Positions 19,049 through 29,843 are shown, counted from the first letter of the stretch. The stretch: DNA of 64,000 nt from Desulfatiglandales bacterium (GCA_963662465.1 OY759599.1:2144001-2208000); one strand, 5' to 3'. Made by a program: numbers and translations. The notes: a model not told the origin generated them from the sequence alone.

Positions 19049-21457
19049 TTGAGATATCTGATCCATTTCGAAGATGAGGTTGCCCTGGATCCCAGTGTGG
19101 TAGGGCATAAATTTGCGTCCCTGGCACGGGCGAAGCGTTCGGGATTTGATATTCCTTCAGCCGTTGCCATCAGGGTTGAAGCAAACGAATTTTACCGCCG
19201 GAAGAAATTCCGGCCCAAAGACCTTCAGCGCGAAATCAAGGACGTGGTCAGAGAAATCGGTCTTTCCAAAGGCGTTTCGGTACGGTCATCATCCACACAA
19301 GAGGATCTTGAGGGAAAAAGCTTTGCCGGCCAATACGAAACCTTTCTTGATATACGGGATGAAGATAATTTATGGGATAAGATTGAAAAATGCTGGAAAA
19401 GCGCTGAATCGCAACTTGTTTTTGACTATATTGATGATCCGGCGGACAGAAATGAAACCCCGCCCATGTCTGTCATGATTCAAAGGATGGTTCATGCCAA
19501 AGCGGCCGGGGTTGCGTTCAGCCGGAATCCCATGTACCCACTGAGAGACGAGGTGGTCGTCGAAGGCGTCCTCGGTTTGGGCGATAAGCTGGTCAGCGGC
19601 CATGTCACCCCGTATCGAGTCTTTGTTAAAAGCGGCAGCATCGTGAAAGATAAAACCACATCCCAAATTGACAAATCAGACGGTATGATCCTGGAAAATA
19701 TAAAGTGGCGGGAAATCGCGGCATTGGCCAAAAAGGCCGAGGCGCATGCGGGCGGGAAACCGCAGGACATCGAATGGGCCATTGACGGCAACAGCATGCT
19801 GTGGCTTCTCCAGTCTCGCCCCATTACGACCATTACTAAGACGAATACCAAGGCCCCTATCGGCGCCTGGACGCGAAAGATTGCCGAGGATCTTTGGGCG
19901 GACCGGCTCACGCCCTTACTGGCCGATGCCATGCTTAGAAATGCACCCCGGTTCGATCTCTCAAAGAACTCGGAATTCCTAAAGGTTCCAGTCATTAAGC
20001 CGGCCATGTCCGTCATCAACGGATTCCTTTACGTCAACTGTGAAAGCCTTAAACAGGTTCTGAGCCTGGTTCCGAATAAACTCCGCATCAATGAACTTCG
20101 AAGCCTGTTTCCGCCGGGATTCGAAATCGATGCCGTACCGCCGCCCTCCATCAAAAAGCTGCTTCTATTTGCGGTCCGGGCAATATGCCTCGGTGTTCTG
20201 CAGCCCCAGGGGAACCCGCTATTTTGCCGACATCTCTCCCGCTTGCACCTGAAAAAGCTGAAAGAGAATCTAAACAGAATTGAGCGCTTACCCGATGCCA
20301 CGGCCGCGCAGGCACTCAAAAAAACCAAGGAGTCTATCGAATGCCTCGCGCTTCTTCAGGAAAAAAACCAGTGGCCCTATCTTTACGCCACGGTTTTCAC
20401 CTGGGCGTTGAGATGGGTGGTTATGGACCTGGGAGGGCTGTCGTACTCAGATTTCCTTTGCCTTCTGAGTGCAAACACCGACAATATTACCACCAATATC
20501 GAACTTGAGATGAGGAAACTGACGGAATCGGTTAAAAATAACGAGACGGTTCTTGAAAGGTTTTTAAACCGAAGCCCTGAACAACTTGTGGGGTCTCTCC
20601 CTCGCCCACTCCAGGAAAAATTCGACATTTTCCTTTCGAAATACGGGTGTCGCGCCCGCCATAGAACCCTTTACCTGAAACGATGGGCGGAAGCGCCGGA
20701 GGAGGTTCTCGGGATGATGGCAGCCCTTCTCGGAAATCCGGTGAAAGGGGGTAAGGCGGAAAACGCCAGGCCTGACGACCCCGTGATGATCATACGGCGG
20801 AAATTGCCATGGCGCCTCCGTTTCGTACTCCGACCTCTTTTAAAATTTACCTGCAATTTTTTAAATCTGCGGGAAGATCTAAGATTTTTGCTCGACAAGA
20901 TTCTCTACCTTGTCAGGCAATCCGTGATAACCCTTGGAAAACATACGGGCCTCGGTGAAGGCGTCCTGTTTCTGACCCAATCCGAATTGGACCAGGTGGT
21001 TGACGGCAGTATCGATTTTAAAGATGCAAGGCTGTTGGCCGATGCCGGGCGCGATGCATTCCTGAAGCAATCCGATGTTTACACGTTTTATATTGACGGC
21101 AGGCCAATGGATGAACTCCCGTCAAACGCAAAAATCATGCGGGGCATTGGAACCAGTCCCGGCAGGGCAACGGGAAGGGCCAGAATCGTGGATGATCCAA
21201 CAAAACACCCTATTCAAAAAGGGGATATCCTGGTTGCCAAAAATACCGATCCCGGCTGGACGCCCATCTTACGGATCGTCAGCGGGATCGTTGTCGAAGA
21301 AGGGGGGATACTGAACCACTGCTCTATCGTGGCCCGGGAACTGGGAATCCCGGCGGTTGTCGGCGTCCGACAGGCCACCCGAAAAATACCGGAAAACGCC
21401 CTTATTACCATCGACGGGGGCTTTGGCGCCGTTCAAATGGCACAGGATGCCTCGTAA
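19049..21457 (+). CDS. PEP-utilising dikinase with rifampin-phosphotransferase/PigC-like domain order (ATP-grasp, substrate domain, His swivel)
   Basis: VRSSSTQEDLEGKSFAGQYETFL, DIEWA, LLQSRPIT, TDPGWTP, GGILNHCSIVARELGIP. Confidence 0.85.
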   Translation: MRYLIHFEDEVALDPSVVGHKFASLARAKRSGFDIPSAVAIRVEANEFYRRKKFRPKDLQREIKDVVREIGLSKGVSVRSSSTQEDLEGKSFAGQYETFLDIRDEDNLWDKIEKCWKSAESQLVFDYIDDPADRNETPPMSVMIQRMVHAKAAGVAFSRNPMYPLRDEVVVEGVLGLGDKLVSGHVTPYRVFVKSGSIVKDKTTSQIDKSDGMILENIKWREIAALAKKAEAHAGGKPQDIEWAIDGNSMLWLLQSRPITTITKTNTKAPIGAWTRKIAEDLWADRLTPLLADAMLRNAPRFDLSKNSEFLKVPVIKPAMSVINGFLYVNCESLKQVLSLVPNKLRINELRSLFPPGFEIDAVPPPSIKKLLLFAVRAICLGVLQPQGNPLFCRHLSRLHLKKLKENLNRIERLPDATAAQALKKTKESIECLALLQEKNQWPYLYATVFTWALRWVVMDLGGLSYSDFLCLLSANTDNITTNIELEMRKLTESVKNNETVLERFLNRSPEQLVGSLPRPLQEKFDIFLSKYGCRARHRTLYLKRWAEAPEEVLGMMAALLGNPVKGGKAENARPDDPVMIIRRKLPWRLRFVLRPLLKFTCNFLNLREDLRFLLDKILYLVRQSVITLGKHTGLGEGVLFLTQSELDQVVDGSIDFKDARLLADAGRDAFLKQSDVYTFYIDGRPMDELPSNAKIMRGIGTSPGRATGRARIVDDPTKHPIQKGDILVAKNTDPGWTPILRIVSGIVVEEGGILNHCSIVARELGIPAVVGVRQATRKIPENALITIDGGFGAVQMAQDAS

Positions 21458-21642
21458 CATTTTATGGGAACAACGATGATCTGGTCGGAAAATTGATATT
21501 TTTCCCTTCCGCCTCTGGTTTATACCGGCATACGCCTTAAAAAGAGCCGCCCCCAGTGGGCGAACAGGTTCGTTGACAGGCCCCGCCCCTTCGACATATA
21601 GTCTTGGAACACGCCGACAACACGATACGGGGGCTGTGCGCC

Positions 21643-21759
21643 ATGATCAAATTTCCTTACGGAATGGCGGATTTTAGAAAAATCATCACCCAGAGATATT
21701 TTTATGCCGATCTCACCCGGACCATTCCTTTGGCGGATGCTTTGGAAGATAAGAGTTGA
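21643..21759 (+). pseudogene. N-terminal stub of an AAA-ATPase-like/PD-(D/E)XK protein
   Basis: MIKFPYGMADFRKIITQRYFYADLT resembles the start of this family and of 50667..52388. Confidence 0.6.
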
Positions 21760-21765
21760 AAGTAC

Positions 21766-22724
21766 ATGGCAACGGATAAACGCAATTTGGAATTAGACAG
21801 GCTGGTAACTTTTTTTGAGCAGACGCAGAGCGCCATGCAGCGGCAGGCTGCCAGGTCGGTGGATGTTGCTCTGGTGGTGCGAAACTGGCTTTTCGGCCGG
21901 CATATTGTTGAGTTTGAAAATGGAGGGGCTGAACGTGCTGAATTGTATGGAAAAAAGCTGATAAAGAAGCTTTCCGACAAACTTACTCGACAATTAGGGA
22001 AAGGGTTTTCTAAACGGTCTCTTGAGCAATACCGTAAATTCTATTTGAGCTACAAAGAGATTGTGCAGGCACTGCCTGCGCAATCTCTAGAGACGAAGTA
22101 AAGAAATTATCCGCCAAAGGGCAAATTGTCGACAAACCCGCGGATGTAATCAAAAATCCATACATCCTTGAGTTCACAGGGCTGGAGGAACGAACATCCT
22201 ACAGCGAGCATGATCTGGAAACGGCCATTATCGACAAAATTGAGCATTTCCTCCTGGAGCTGGGCAAAGGGTTCTTGTTCGAATCCCGTCAAAAAAGGTT
22301 CTCGTTCGATAACCGGCACTTCTTTGTGGATCTGGTTTTTTACAATCGTCTTTTGCGAGCCTATGTGTTCATTGACCTCAAAATTGGTGATCTAAAACAC
22401 CAGGATTTGGGCCAGATGCAGATGTATGTGAATTATTTTGATCGATTCGTAAAACTTGAAGATGAAAAACCTACAGTTGGAATCCTCCTCTGCCTCAGTA
22501 GGAGTAATGAACTGGTTGAATTAACCCTCCCAAAAAACTCAAATATCTACGCCTCAGAATACCAGCTTTATCTCCCCTCAAAAGAGGACCTTCGTAAACA
22601 ATTGGAAGAAGCACAGAAAGATTGGGTCATGGCTGCAGGGAAGCCGCACAGGAAAAATCACGAAAGGCATCACCATGAATCAACTCACCACCAACCACCT
22701 ACTCAAACACTTGACCCAACTTGA
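21766..22724 (+). pseudogene. yhcG: YhcG/DUF1016 PD-(D/E)XK nuclease, internally deleted and frameshifted at about 22090
   Basis: N-part RNWLFGRHIVE..YG..GKGFS..YRKFYL; C-part in another frame IKNPYILEF, FLLELGKGF, DLVFYNRLL, DLGQMQMY. Confidence 0.85.
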
Positions 22725-22959
22725 AGCGATTTCCTCTCTCGAAGTAAGGGAGGTAAAAAAAACATCCCGAAACGGACAAAACACAATTCCCAAAAAAATG
22801 AGGAAGTCTTTGATCCATCAGAGTTCCTGGTAAATGACCTTTACGCAACTTAACTGTTTGAAATCGTTATACTGGAGCTTCTCATAATTTCGTGTGCATT
22901 TCAGATTTTAGTGCAGCGTAACTAGCTGAAAATATTAGGTGGGGCAAAATATTTTTTTA

Positions 22960-22988
22960 TTGACAAATGAAAACTGAAAAATTATCTT
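22960..22988 (+). promoter_or_regulatory. Sigma70 promoter directly before the transposase ATG
   Basis: TTGACA (22960-65), 17 bp, TATCTT (22983-88); ATG 6 nt later with no Shine-Dalgarno sequence. Confidence 0.55.
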
Positions 22989-22994
22989 CAGACC

Positions 22995-25262
22995 ATGATT
23001 GTCAAAACAGAAAAAATTAGCGACCTATCCATATGGACCGAGCGGGATTGGAAGGAAAAAATCACTGTTACGGTTTATCATGAGTATCGTCCTGTCGTCA
23101 GTTTCGATCCTGGGAAGATAAATGATAGGAGACTCGCTGCCGTACAACTTGTCGAGCTTGGTTATTGTAAAAACCGGGTTGCCGGTAAAATCTGTGGGTT
23201 TCACCGCAATACGGTTGGCAAACTGCTTCGCACCAAAAGACTTTTAGGTGTTGAGGCCATATTTGAGGACAACCGTGGTCCCAAGGCTCCCTGGAAATAT
23301 ATTGGCAGCATTCGCAAAACCATCAAAAAACTTATCCGCGAGAATCCTGACTGGACTGACCAGCAGATTGCAAATGCCGCGGAAAAGCAAACTGAAACGA
23401 CTATTTCGAGAAGTGCTGTAGCTCGTATCAGAACCGCGGACCAAGATGCAGAAACTGAAAAGCCTACAAAGCATGACTTGGAGCAACTGGCTAAAATTGC
23501 GGATAGTATTGATTTGAAGCAACACGACGAGCGACAGCTTTCTTTCAACTTTGAGGCTGATTCTGAGTTCAAAAAGAAGGTAGATGAATTTGCTGATGAG
23601 GATACACCCAAGCCACAAACCGATACAGATAAAGTATTCCTGGATTATCTTCAACAGGGACAACGCAATGTCTTTGCCGGCATGCTTCTTCACCATCTGT
23701 TTTTAGATCATATCAACTTCCCAAATGCCTTTGATTTGCCTTCTTATTCCAATAATATGTATGATAATTATGAAGTGATGGAAACTGTCCTTTTCGGGTT
23801 GAACATCGGGTTGCCATCTATCGAATCCCATAAGCTGGTCAACAGTAGGGACATGGGGCTTTTGCTGGGACGAACCAGTTCCCCCGATGAGACCACTATT
23901 CGGTTGCGTTTAAAACAGATGGCCGAGTTCAAGCCCTCAGAGAGCCTGATAGATTATTTCGCAAACCTGTTTCTATCGTTGGGGTTCATCAACCCAGAGG
24001 TGTTTTTTATCGATGGGCACTTCCTTCCCTATTATGGACTGAAAGTTCTATCCAAAGGCTACCATACCGTGAGACGAATTGTCATGAAAGGAAACGAGAT
24101 TTATGTTGTCAGCGACCTTGACGGGAAGCCTTTCTTTTCAATTACCGAAGGGTGTGATATCGATTTCAGGCCGATCATCATAAGAGCGGCCGACAAGATA
24201 ATCAGCCTGGGTGTCGACCGCCCCATTGTGGTTTTTGATCGCGGTGGTTATGGTGTTCACTTTTTCAGTCAATTATCGACAAGGGCTGACTTTATTACGT
24301 GGGCCAGGTATGTGAAAAAAGATGAATTGAAAGACTTGGAATATACGAGCTGCTTGATGTTTAATGGGAAAAGATATCTCATTGCCGAGAAAACAAAACT
24401 GATTCGTGAATCGATTTCTACAGCTGCCAAAGAAGGCCGAACAGAGGCAACTTCGACAGAAGTACGTATGGTTGTTTTCAAGGAATTGGACAAGGATAGA
24501 CCTGTAGCAATATATACCAGCAATCATCAAAAGCCTGCTCCTGATATTGCTGCATATATGCTTTCACGATGGGGAGAGTCTGAAAACTTTTTCAAAGAGA
24601 TGATGTCCCTGTACAACTTCAATTATCATCCCGGCTATGATCTTAAAGAACTTGAAGAACAGCCCCTCGTAGATAATCCTGAGGTAAAAACAATCAAAAA
24701 GACGATCAAGGGAATTAAACAAAAGATGGGGCAATTGGCGCTTGCAAAACAACAAACAGAGTCCAAAATAGAAGCACGAAAAGATCTTCGTCTTGAAAAA
24801 AAGCTAAACACGTTCCAGGAAGAGATAGAGAAATACGACAAAGAGCTTGACGGCTTTCAGGCAGCCTTAAAAGAAATGCCTGACAAAGTATCGATAATTG
24901 AAGTGCTGAAAGGCAGACCAATGAACAAGGCAGATCTGGAGAAAAAGAAGCTCTACGACCTGATACAAATGATTGCCTTTCACTCACGCGAGCATCTGGT
25001 TGGCCTGTTCCGTTCATGTTATGATGATCCGCGGGATGTGAAACAGATCCTGACAAAGGTCACAAAACTCCCTGGTTATGTGAAATTAGTCGGGAAAACA
25101 CTTGTTGTGCTTTTAGATTGGATAGAGGACAAAAAGCATCGGAAGGCAGCAACAAGATTTTGCCATCTGATAAACACTATGTCGCCCAAATTGAGAGGTC
25201 GCATGGAGTTCGACCTTTATTTTCGCATCTCCTCAATCCCTCAAGTGGGTTATTGCTGTTAA
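22995..25262 (+). CDS. Large (755 aa) DDE-type transposase with N-terminal HTH domains and a coiled-coil insertion; family not assigned
   Basis: FFIDGH, VFDRGGYG and RWGESENFFK fit a D-D-E triad; N-terminal HTH ending NRGPK; lower GC than the flanks. Confidence 0.8.
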   Translation: MIVKTEKISDLSIWTERDWKEKITVTVYHEYRPVVSFDPGKINDRRLAAVQLVELGYCKNRVAGKICGFHRNTVGKLLRTKRLLGVEAIFEDNRGPKAPWKYIGSIRKTIKKLIRENPDWTDQQIANAAEKQTETTISRSAVARIRTADQDAETEKPTKHDLEQLAKIADSIDLKQHDERQLSFNFEADSEFKKKVDEFADEDTPKPQTDTDKVFLDYLQQGQRNVFAGMLLHHLFLDHINFPNAFDLPSYSNNMYDNYEVMETVLFGLNIGLPSIESHKLVNSRDMGLLLGRTSSPDETTIRLRLKQMAEFKPSESLIDYFANLFLSLGFINPEVFFIDGHFLPYYGLKVLSKGYHTVRRIVMKGNEIYVVSDLDGKPFFSITEGCDIDFRPIIIRAADKIISLGVDRPIVVFDRGGYGVHFFSQLSTRADFITWARYVKKDELKDLEYTSCLMFNGKRYLIAEKTKLIRESISTAAKEGRTEATSTEVRMVVFKELDKDRPVAIYTSNHQKPAPDIAAYMLSRWGESENFFKEMMSLYNFNYHPGYDLKELEEQPLVDNPEVKTIKKTIKGIKQKMGQLALAKQQTESKIEARKDLRLEKKLNTFQEEIEKYDKELDGFQAALKEMPDKVSIIEVLKGRPMNKADLEKKKLYDLIQMIAFHSREHLVGLFRSCYDDPRDVKQILTKVTKLPGYVKLVGKTLVVLLDWIEDKKHRKAATRFCHLINTMSPKLRGRMEFDLYFRISSIPQVGYCC

Positions 25263-25379
25263 AGCCTTGCTCATCGTTTCAGCCATCCTACGCAGGGTAT
25301 CGTGTTTCGACCACATGTAGGGGCGCCCAGTTTAAAAAAAGGGTCTTTCGCCCTAATGGCCGAAACAATGATCAAGGCC

Positions 25380-25544
25380 GCTGTTGAACTAAGTGCACAA
25401 TTTGAATTGAGAAAAAACGTCATTTACTATGATGTCTGTAGTGTGATAAGACATCTAACCCCGCTTTCTCAATTGCAACGTGAAATTCTAAAACACTTTG
25501 GACTTAGCGCTTCTATATACGATAATTTAGAAGTTATGCAATAG
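25380..25544 (+). pseudogene. C-terminal remnant of an IS1634-like transposase
   Basis: RHLTPLSQLQREILKHFGLSASIYDNL resembles IS1634 C-termini. Confidence 0.5.
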
Positions 25545-25893
25545 TAGAATGTTATCGTCATAGCCCTTATAGGTTGTCACAATTGAAATACAGATTTTAC
25601 GACAATTCATATCATTGTTGGAGATATGGAACGATGGTGTTTTACGCACAATCCATTCCATTTTCTGCCCTATTGTGTTGTTCCAATATTCGACGTGTGT
25701 TATTTTTCAGGCTTTACTAACCCATGGATGCATGTTGCTCAAAAAGACTCCTGGTAGGCTTTCCGGAAATAGCTTTTCCCCCTGCCAAGAGAGGTACCCG
25801 CTACCAGATTTCGAAATTAATCGAAGTGCAAATTTAAAACGCGAACGATAAGCTATCACTGTCACTTAGAAAACTGGGGCTGCAGGTCGCCCC

Positions 25894-26270
25894 TTAAAAC
25901 TCCCCCGAATCCATCGCCCTCCTCACGGCCCCGGCCAGGTCGCTTCCGATCAAAGGCTTCATGATGTAAGCCTTTATGCCCAGATCCCCGGCCCTTTTCC
26001 CGCTCATCTTATGACTGAACCCGCTGCACAGGATCACGGGGATATCCGATCGAATTTTCATGAGTTCCCGTGCCAATTGTTCGCCGGTCATGCCGGGCAT
26101 GTTCATGTCCGTAATCACCAGATCGAATTAATCCGGCGTGTCCTTGAAAAGTTCAAAGGCCTCCACGGGGTTCGTCCTTGCCTCGACACGGTAACCCAGT
26201 GGTTCCAATATCCGCTTTCCCAGTTTCGCAATGGTCAACTCATCATCCACAAAGAGAATCCGCAAGCGGT
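25894..26270 (-). pseudogene. Receiver domain remnant of a hybrid kinase with an in-frame stop
   Basis: RILFVDDELTIAKLGKRILEPLGY...DTPD*FDLVITDMNMPGMTG...MKPL. Confidence 0.8.
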
Positions 26271-26368
26271 AAGCCTTTCGGTAAGCAGAGGACTTCGGAT
26301 TGCATTAGAAAATCACTATGAGATTGGGAACTTATAAACTGACGAACGTGCCCGTGCCCCAACCCTTT

Positions 26369-26405
26369 TTTTCATAGCAAAACCATGTGAGACATGCTAT
26401 GAAAA
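26369..26405. repeat. Palindrome upstream of a TA module
   Basis: TTTTCATAGCA...TGCTATGAAAA perfect 11-bp arms. Confidence 0.7.
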
Positions 26406-26453
26406 CTTATGGCTGTCGAGTTAATGACTTAATAAGCATAAGGAAGGTGTAAA

Positions 26454-26660
26454 ATGGAATCAATAGAGTTCACTGCGGATATTCAAAACGGGATTATCAA
26501 ACTCCCTGATGAATACAAAAATCTACCGAAAAAAGCAAAAATTAAAATTATGTTTATTCCTTATGAAGTTCAAAAAAGAAAATTAGATAGTCTTTTCGAT
26601 AGCGCCGTCCGGGTTAATAAAATAGATAAATTTGACAGGGATTCCTTACATGAAAGATAG
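26454..26660 (+). CDS. Putative antitoxin
   Basis: 68 aa, EFTADIQNGIIKLP, ends FDRDSLHER (common in PIN partners); overlaps the toxin. Confidence 0.75.
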   Translation: MESIEFTADIQNGIIKLPDEYKNLPKKAKIKIMFIPYEVQKRKLDSLFDSAVRVNKIDKFDRDSLHER

Positions 26661-27078
26661 GATTTTTATAGATACCAATGTGTTGGTGTATATCCATTTA
26701 TTTGACAAAGAGAGTCAAGACAAAAGAAAAGCATTGCAGAATCTTATGCACAGGAGGATTGATGCTGAATTAATTATTAATGTGCAGGTAATAAATGAAT
26801 TTTATAATGTCCTTTTAAGAAAAAATATTGAAGATAATGTAATACAGAAAAAGATACATTCACAATTGGAAATATGCTTAACTTCCGAGTTAAGTTTAAA
26901 AACTGTTTTCAGCGCATGGGAATTAAGAGAAAAATACAAATATTCTTATTGGGACAGCTTGATATTAGCATCAGCTTTGGAAAACAGTTGTTCAATTATC
27001 TATTCAGAAGATATGCAACACGGCCAGGTCATAGAGGATAATTTGAAGATTATAAATCCCTTTGAAATAAGTTTATAA
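26650..27078 (+). CDS. vapC: PIN-domain (VapC) toxin
   Basis: IFIDTNVLVY, QVINEF, SYWDSLILASAL, YSEDMQHG; very AT-rich. Confidence 0.92.
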   Translation: MKDRIFIDTNVLVYIHLFDKESQDKRKALQNLMHRRIDAELIINVQVINEFYNVLLRKNIEDNVIQKKIHSQLEICLTSELSLKTVFSAWELREKYKYSYWDSLILASALENSCSIIYSEDMQHGQVIEDNLKIINPFEISL

Positions 27079-28565
27079 GTTTACAACGTCCCCATGCACA
27101 CTGGATCCGAGTGTGGTGGGGCATAAATTTGCGTCCCTGGCACGGGCGAAACATTTGGGGTTAGCGGTTCCTTCAGCCATCGCCATCAGGGTTGAAGCCA
27201 ACGAATTTTACCGCCGGAAGAAATTCTGGCCCAAAGACCTTCAGCGCGAAATCCAGGACTTGGCTAGGGAAATCGGCCTTTCCAAAGGTGTTTCGGTACG
27301 GTCCTCATCCACCCAAGAGGACCTCGAGGGAAAAAGCTTTGCCGGCCAGTATGAGACCTATCTGGATATACGGGACGAAGTTGATTTAAAGGACAAGATT
27401 CAAAAATGCTGGAAAAGCGCTGAATCGCAACTTGTTTTTGATTATCTTAACGATCGATCGGGTCTAAATGAAGCGCCGCCCATGTCTGTCGTGATTCAAA
27501 GGATGGTCCATGCCAAAGCGGCCGGGGTTGCGTTCAGCCGAAATCCCATGTACCCATTAAGGGACGAGGTGGTCGTCGAAGGCGTCCCCGGTTTGGGCGA
27601 TAAGCTGGTTAGCGGCCATGTCACCCCTTATCGTGTCTTTGTCAAAAGCGGTCGCATCGTAAAAGATAAAACCACTTTCAAAATGAACCCATCAAACGAT
27701 GTGGTCATAGCGAATATAAAGTGGCGCGAAATCGCGGCATTGGCCAAAAAGGCCGAGGCGAATGCGGGCAGGAAACCCCAGGACATCGAATGGGCCATTG
27801 ACGGCAACGACATGCTGTGGCTTCTCCAGTCTCGCCCCATTACGACCATTACTGAAACAGACCTCAAGGCGCCTCCCGGAACCTGGACGCGAAAGATCGC
27901 GGAGGATCTCTGGGCAGACCGCCTCACGCCCTTACTGGCTGATGCCATGCTTAAAAATGCACCCCGGTTTGATCTGTCAAGAAACTCGGAATTCTTGAAA
28001 GTTCCCGTCATTAAACCGGCCATGTCCGTCATCAACGGATTCCTTTATGTCAACTGTGAAAGCCTGAAGCAGGTTCTGACCCTGGTTCCGGACAAACTCC
28101 GCATCAATGAACTTCGAAGCCTGTTCCCGCCGGGGTTCGAAATCGATTCCGTACCGTCGCCCTCCGCAAAAAAGCTGCTTTCATTTGCTGTTCGGGCAAT
28201 ATGCCTGAGCTTCCCGCAGCCCCAGGGGAACCCTCTCTTTTGCCGACATCTCTCCCGCCGGCACCTGAAAAAGCTGAAAGAAAATCTGAACAGAATTGAG
28301 CGCTTACCCGATGCCACGGCCGCACAGGCGCTAAGCAAAACCAAGGAGTCCATCGAATGCCTCGCGCTTCTTCAGGAAAAAAACCAGTGGCCCTATCTTT
28401 ACGCCACGGTTTTCACCTGGGCGTTGAGATGGGTGGTTATGGACCTGGGAGAGCTGTCCTACTCAGATTTTCTTTACCTTCTGAGTGCAAACACCGACAA
28501 TATTACCACCCATATCGAAGTTGAGATGAGGAAGCTGACGGCATCGGTTAGAAATGACGAGACGG

Positions 28566-28617
28566 TCTTGGGCGCTAACCAAAATGGAACCAGTTTTGCT
28601 ACTCCAAACGGAACCAG
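28566..28617. repeat. Terminal repeat, istB side
   Basis: TCTTGGGCGCTAACCAAAATGGAACCAG followed by a second unit GCTACTCCAAACGGAACCAG. Confidence 0.85.
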
Positions 28618-28827
28618 ATATTGCGCACTGGTCTTTTCCTTTTAGAAGGGTTTTCTTGTAAATTTGTTAGAGGTTGCATGAAAGAGTATATCAGATGGTA
28701 TTTTAAAAATGCTGGTGAGACACGTAGCGTTCTGGTTGAAGAATCAGTGATGAGGATACCATCAATATGGTGATGGCAGAGAAGAGGGGATTAGATTTTT
28801 CGGTTAAGGGCAATGCTTATTGAGGAA

Positions 28828-29037
28828 CTATTTGTCTATGTCATAGTCGTCCGGTAAATTCAGGAGGCCTCCCTTCGCCAATTGATCCTCAATCAAATAT
28901 CCAATTTCCCCGTTTTTTTTCAGCTGTAGAATCATCCATTTGGGGAGACGAATGGTGAGCAGTTCACGTCTCAAATGTTCCGGTTTCTTTCTTCGGCCGG
29001 CGCCTACCCGTTTTCCACCTCTCATTTCAAGCTCCAA
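28828..29037 (-). CDS. Small basic DNA-binding-like passenger protein
   Basis: RGGKRVGAGRRKK motif followed by LLTIRLPKWMI (RHH-like strand). Confidence 0.6.
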   Translation of the reverse strand: MELEMRGGKRVGAGRRKKPEHLRRELLTIRLPKWMILQLKKNGEIGYLIEDQLAKGGLLNLPDDYDIDK

Positions 29038-29123
29038 GACAAGGTAATTTCTGATATTCGTGTAACGAGATTCAAACAGACCGGTGATATTCAGACCTCA
29101 AAACCGGCCCTTTGGCGAACATC

Positions 29124-29843
29124 TCATTTTCTGAGGGAAGGACCATCAATATGAATGTTGATGCAGCGATGGTTGAGACGATCCAGCAAGGCATCGACCA
29201 TGTCCTTTGGTTCAAGCAGCGAATACCATTGTTCAGGTTGAAGATTGGTCGTAATAATTGTGGACCGACCGGCTTCATAGCGATCTTTCATGAGTTTAAA
29301 AAAGGCGTTCATCTGCTCTTTTTTGAGGGTCAGGTATCCCAGTTCATCGAGCAGAAGCAGGTCATATCTGCAAAGGGCATTGAGGAGTTTCGGGGTGGAC
29401 CGATCTGCCAAAGACGCATAGAGCTGATCCAGCAAATCCTGAACATTATAAAAACGCCCCCGGTACCCGGCAATAATGGCTTGACGAAGGATCCCCACGG
29501 CCAATCCCGTTTTGCCGACGCCGGTTTTTCCATGGAACACGATGTTTTCTCTTCGGCTGATAAAGTCAAGGCCGGACAACGTCATGATCCGGCTCTTCTG
29601 TATTCCCGGCTGAAGATCAAACGGAAAGGAGTTGAGGGTCCATTCCCATGGAAGCTTTGCAATCTGGACCCGATAGATCATGCTGCGCTCCTGCCGGAAA
29701 CGTAATTCCTCAGCCAGGAGATTGTAGATGACCTCGTGAATGGAAAAACCGTTCTTTTCAGCCGAAGCCAACTGTTCTTCGAGAGCCTTCAGCATGCCTT
29801 TAAACTTCAAATCAATGAGTAACTGTTCAATTTTCTTTTTCAT
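29124..29843 (-). CDS. istB: IS21 helper AAA+ ATPase
   Basis: GKTGVGKT, LLLLDELGY, IITTN, ALLDRLNHR. Confidence 0.95.
   Translation of the reverse strand: MKKKIEQLLIDLKFKGMLKALEEQLASAEKNGFSIHEVIYNLLAEELRFRQERSMIYRVQIAKLPWEWTLNSFPFDLQPGIQKSRIMTLSGLDFISRRENIVFHGKTGVGKTGLAVGILRQAIIAGYRGRFYNVQDLLDQLYASLADRSTPKLLNALCRYDLLLLDELGYLTLKKEQMNAFFKLMKDRYEAGRSTIITTNLQPEQWYSLLEPKDMVDALLDRLNHRCINIHIDGPSLRK

Noticed and set aside
22714..22726. ACCCAACTTGAAG as the left IR matching CCTCAAGTGGGT near 25240-25251
   Set aside because: The match is short and gapped, no flanking target duplication was found, and it may be chance.
26410..27103. Classical integron cassette with attC
   Set aside because: GTTAATG precedes the TA pair and ACAAC...ATGCAC follows it, but there is no complete R''-L''-L'-R' palindrome and no intI in the window.
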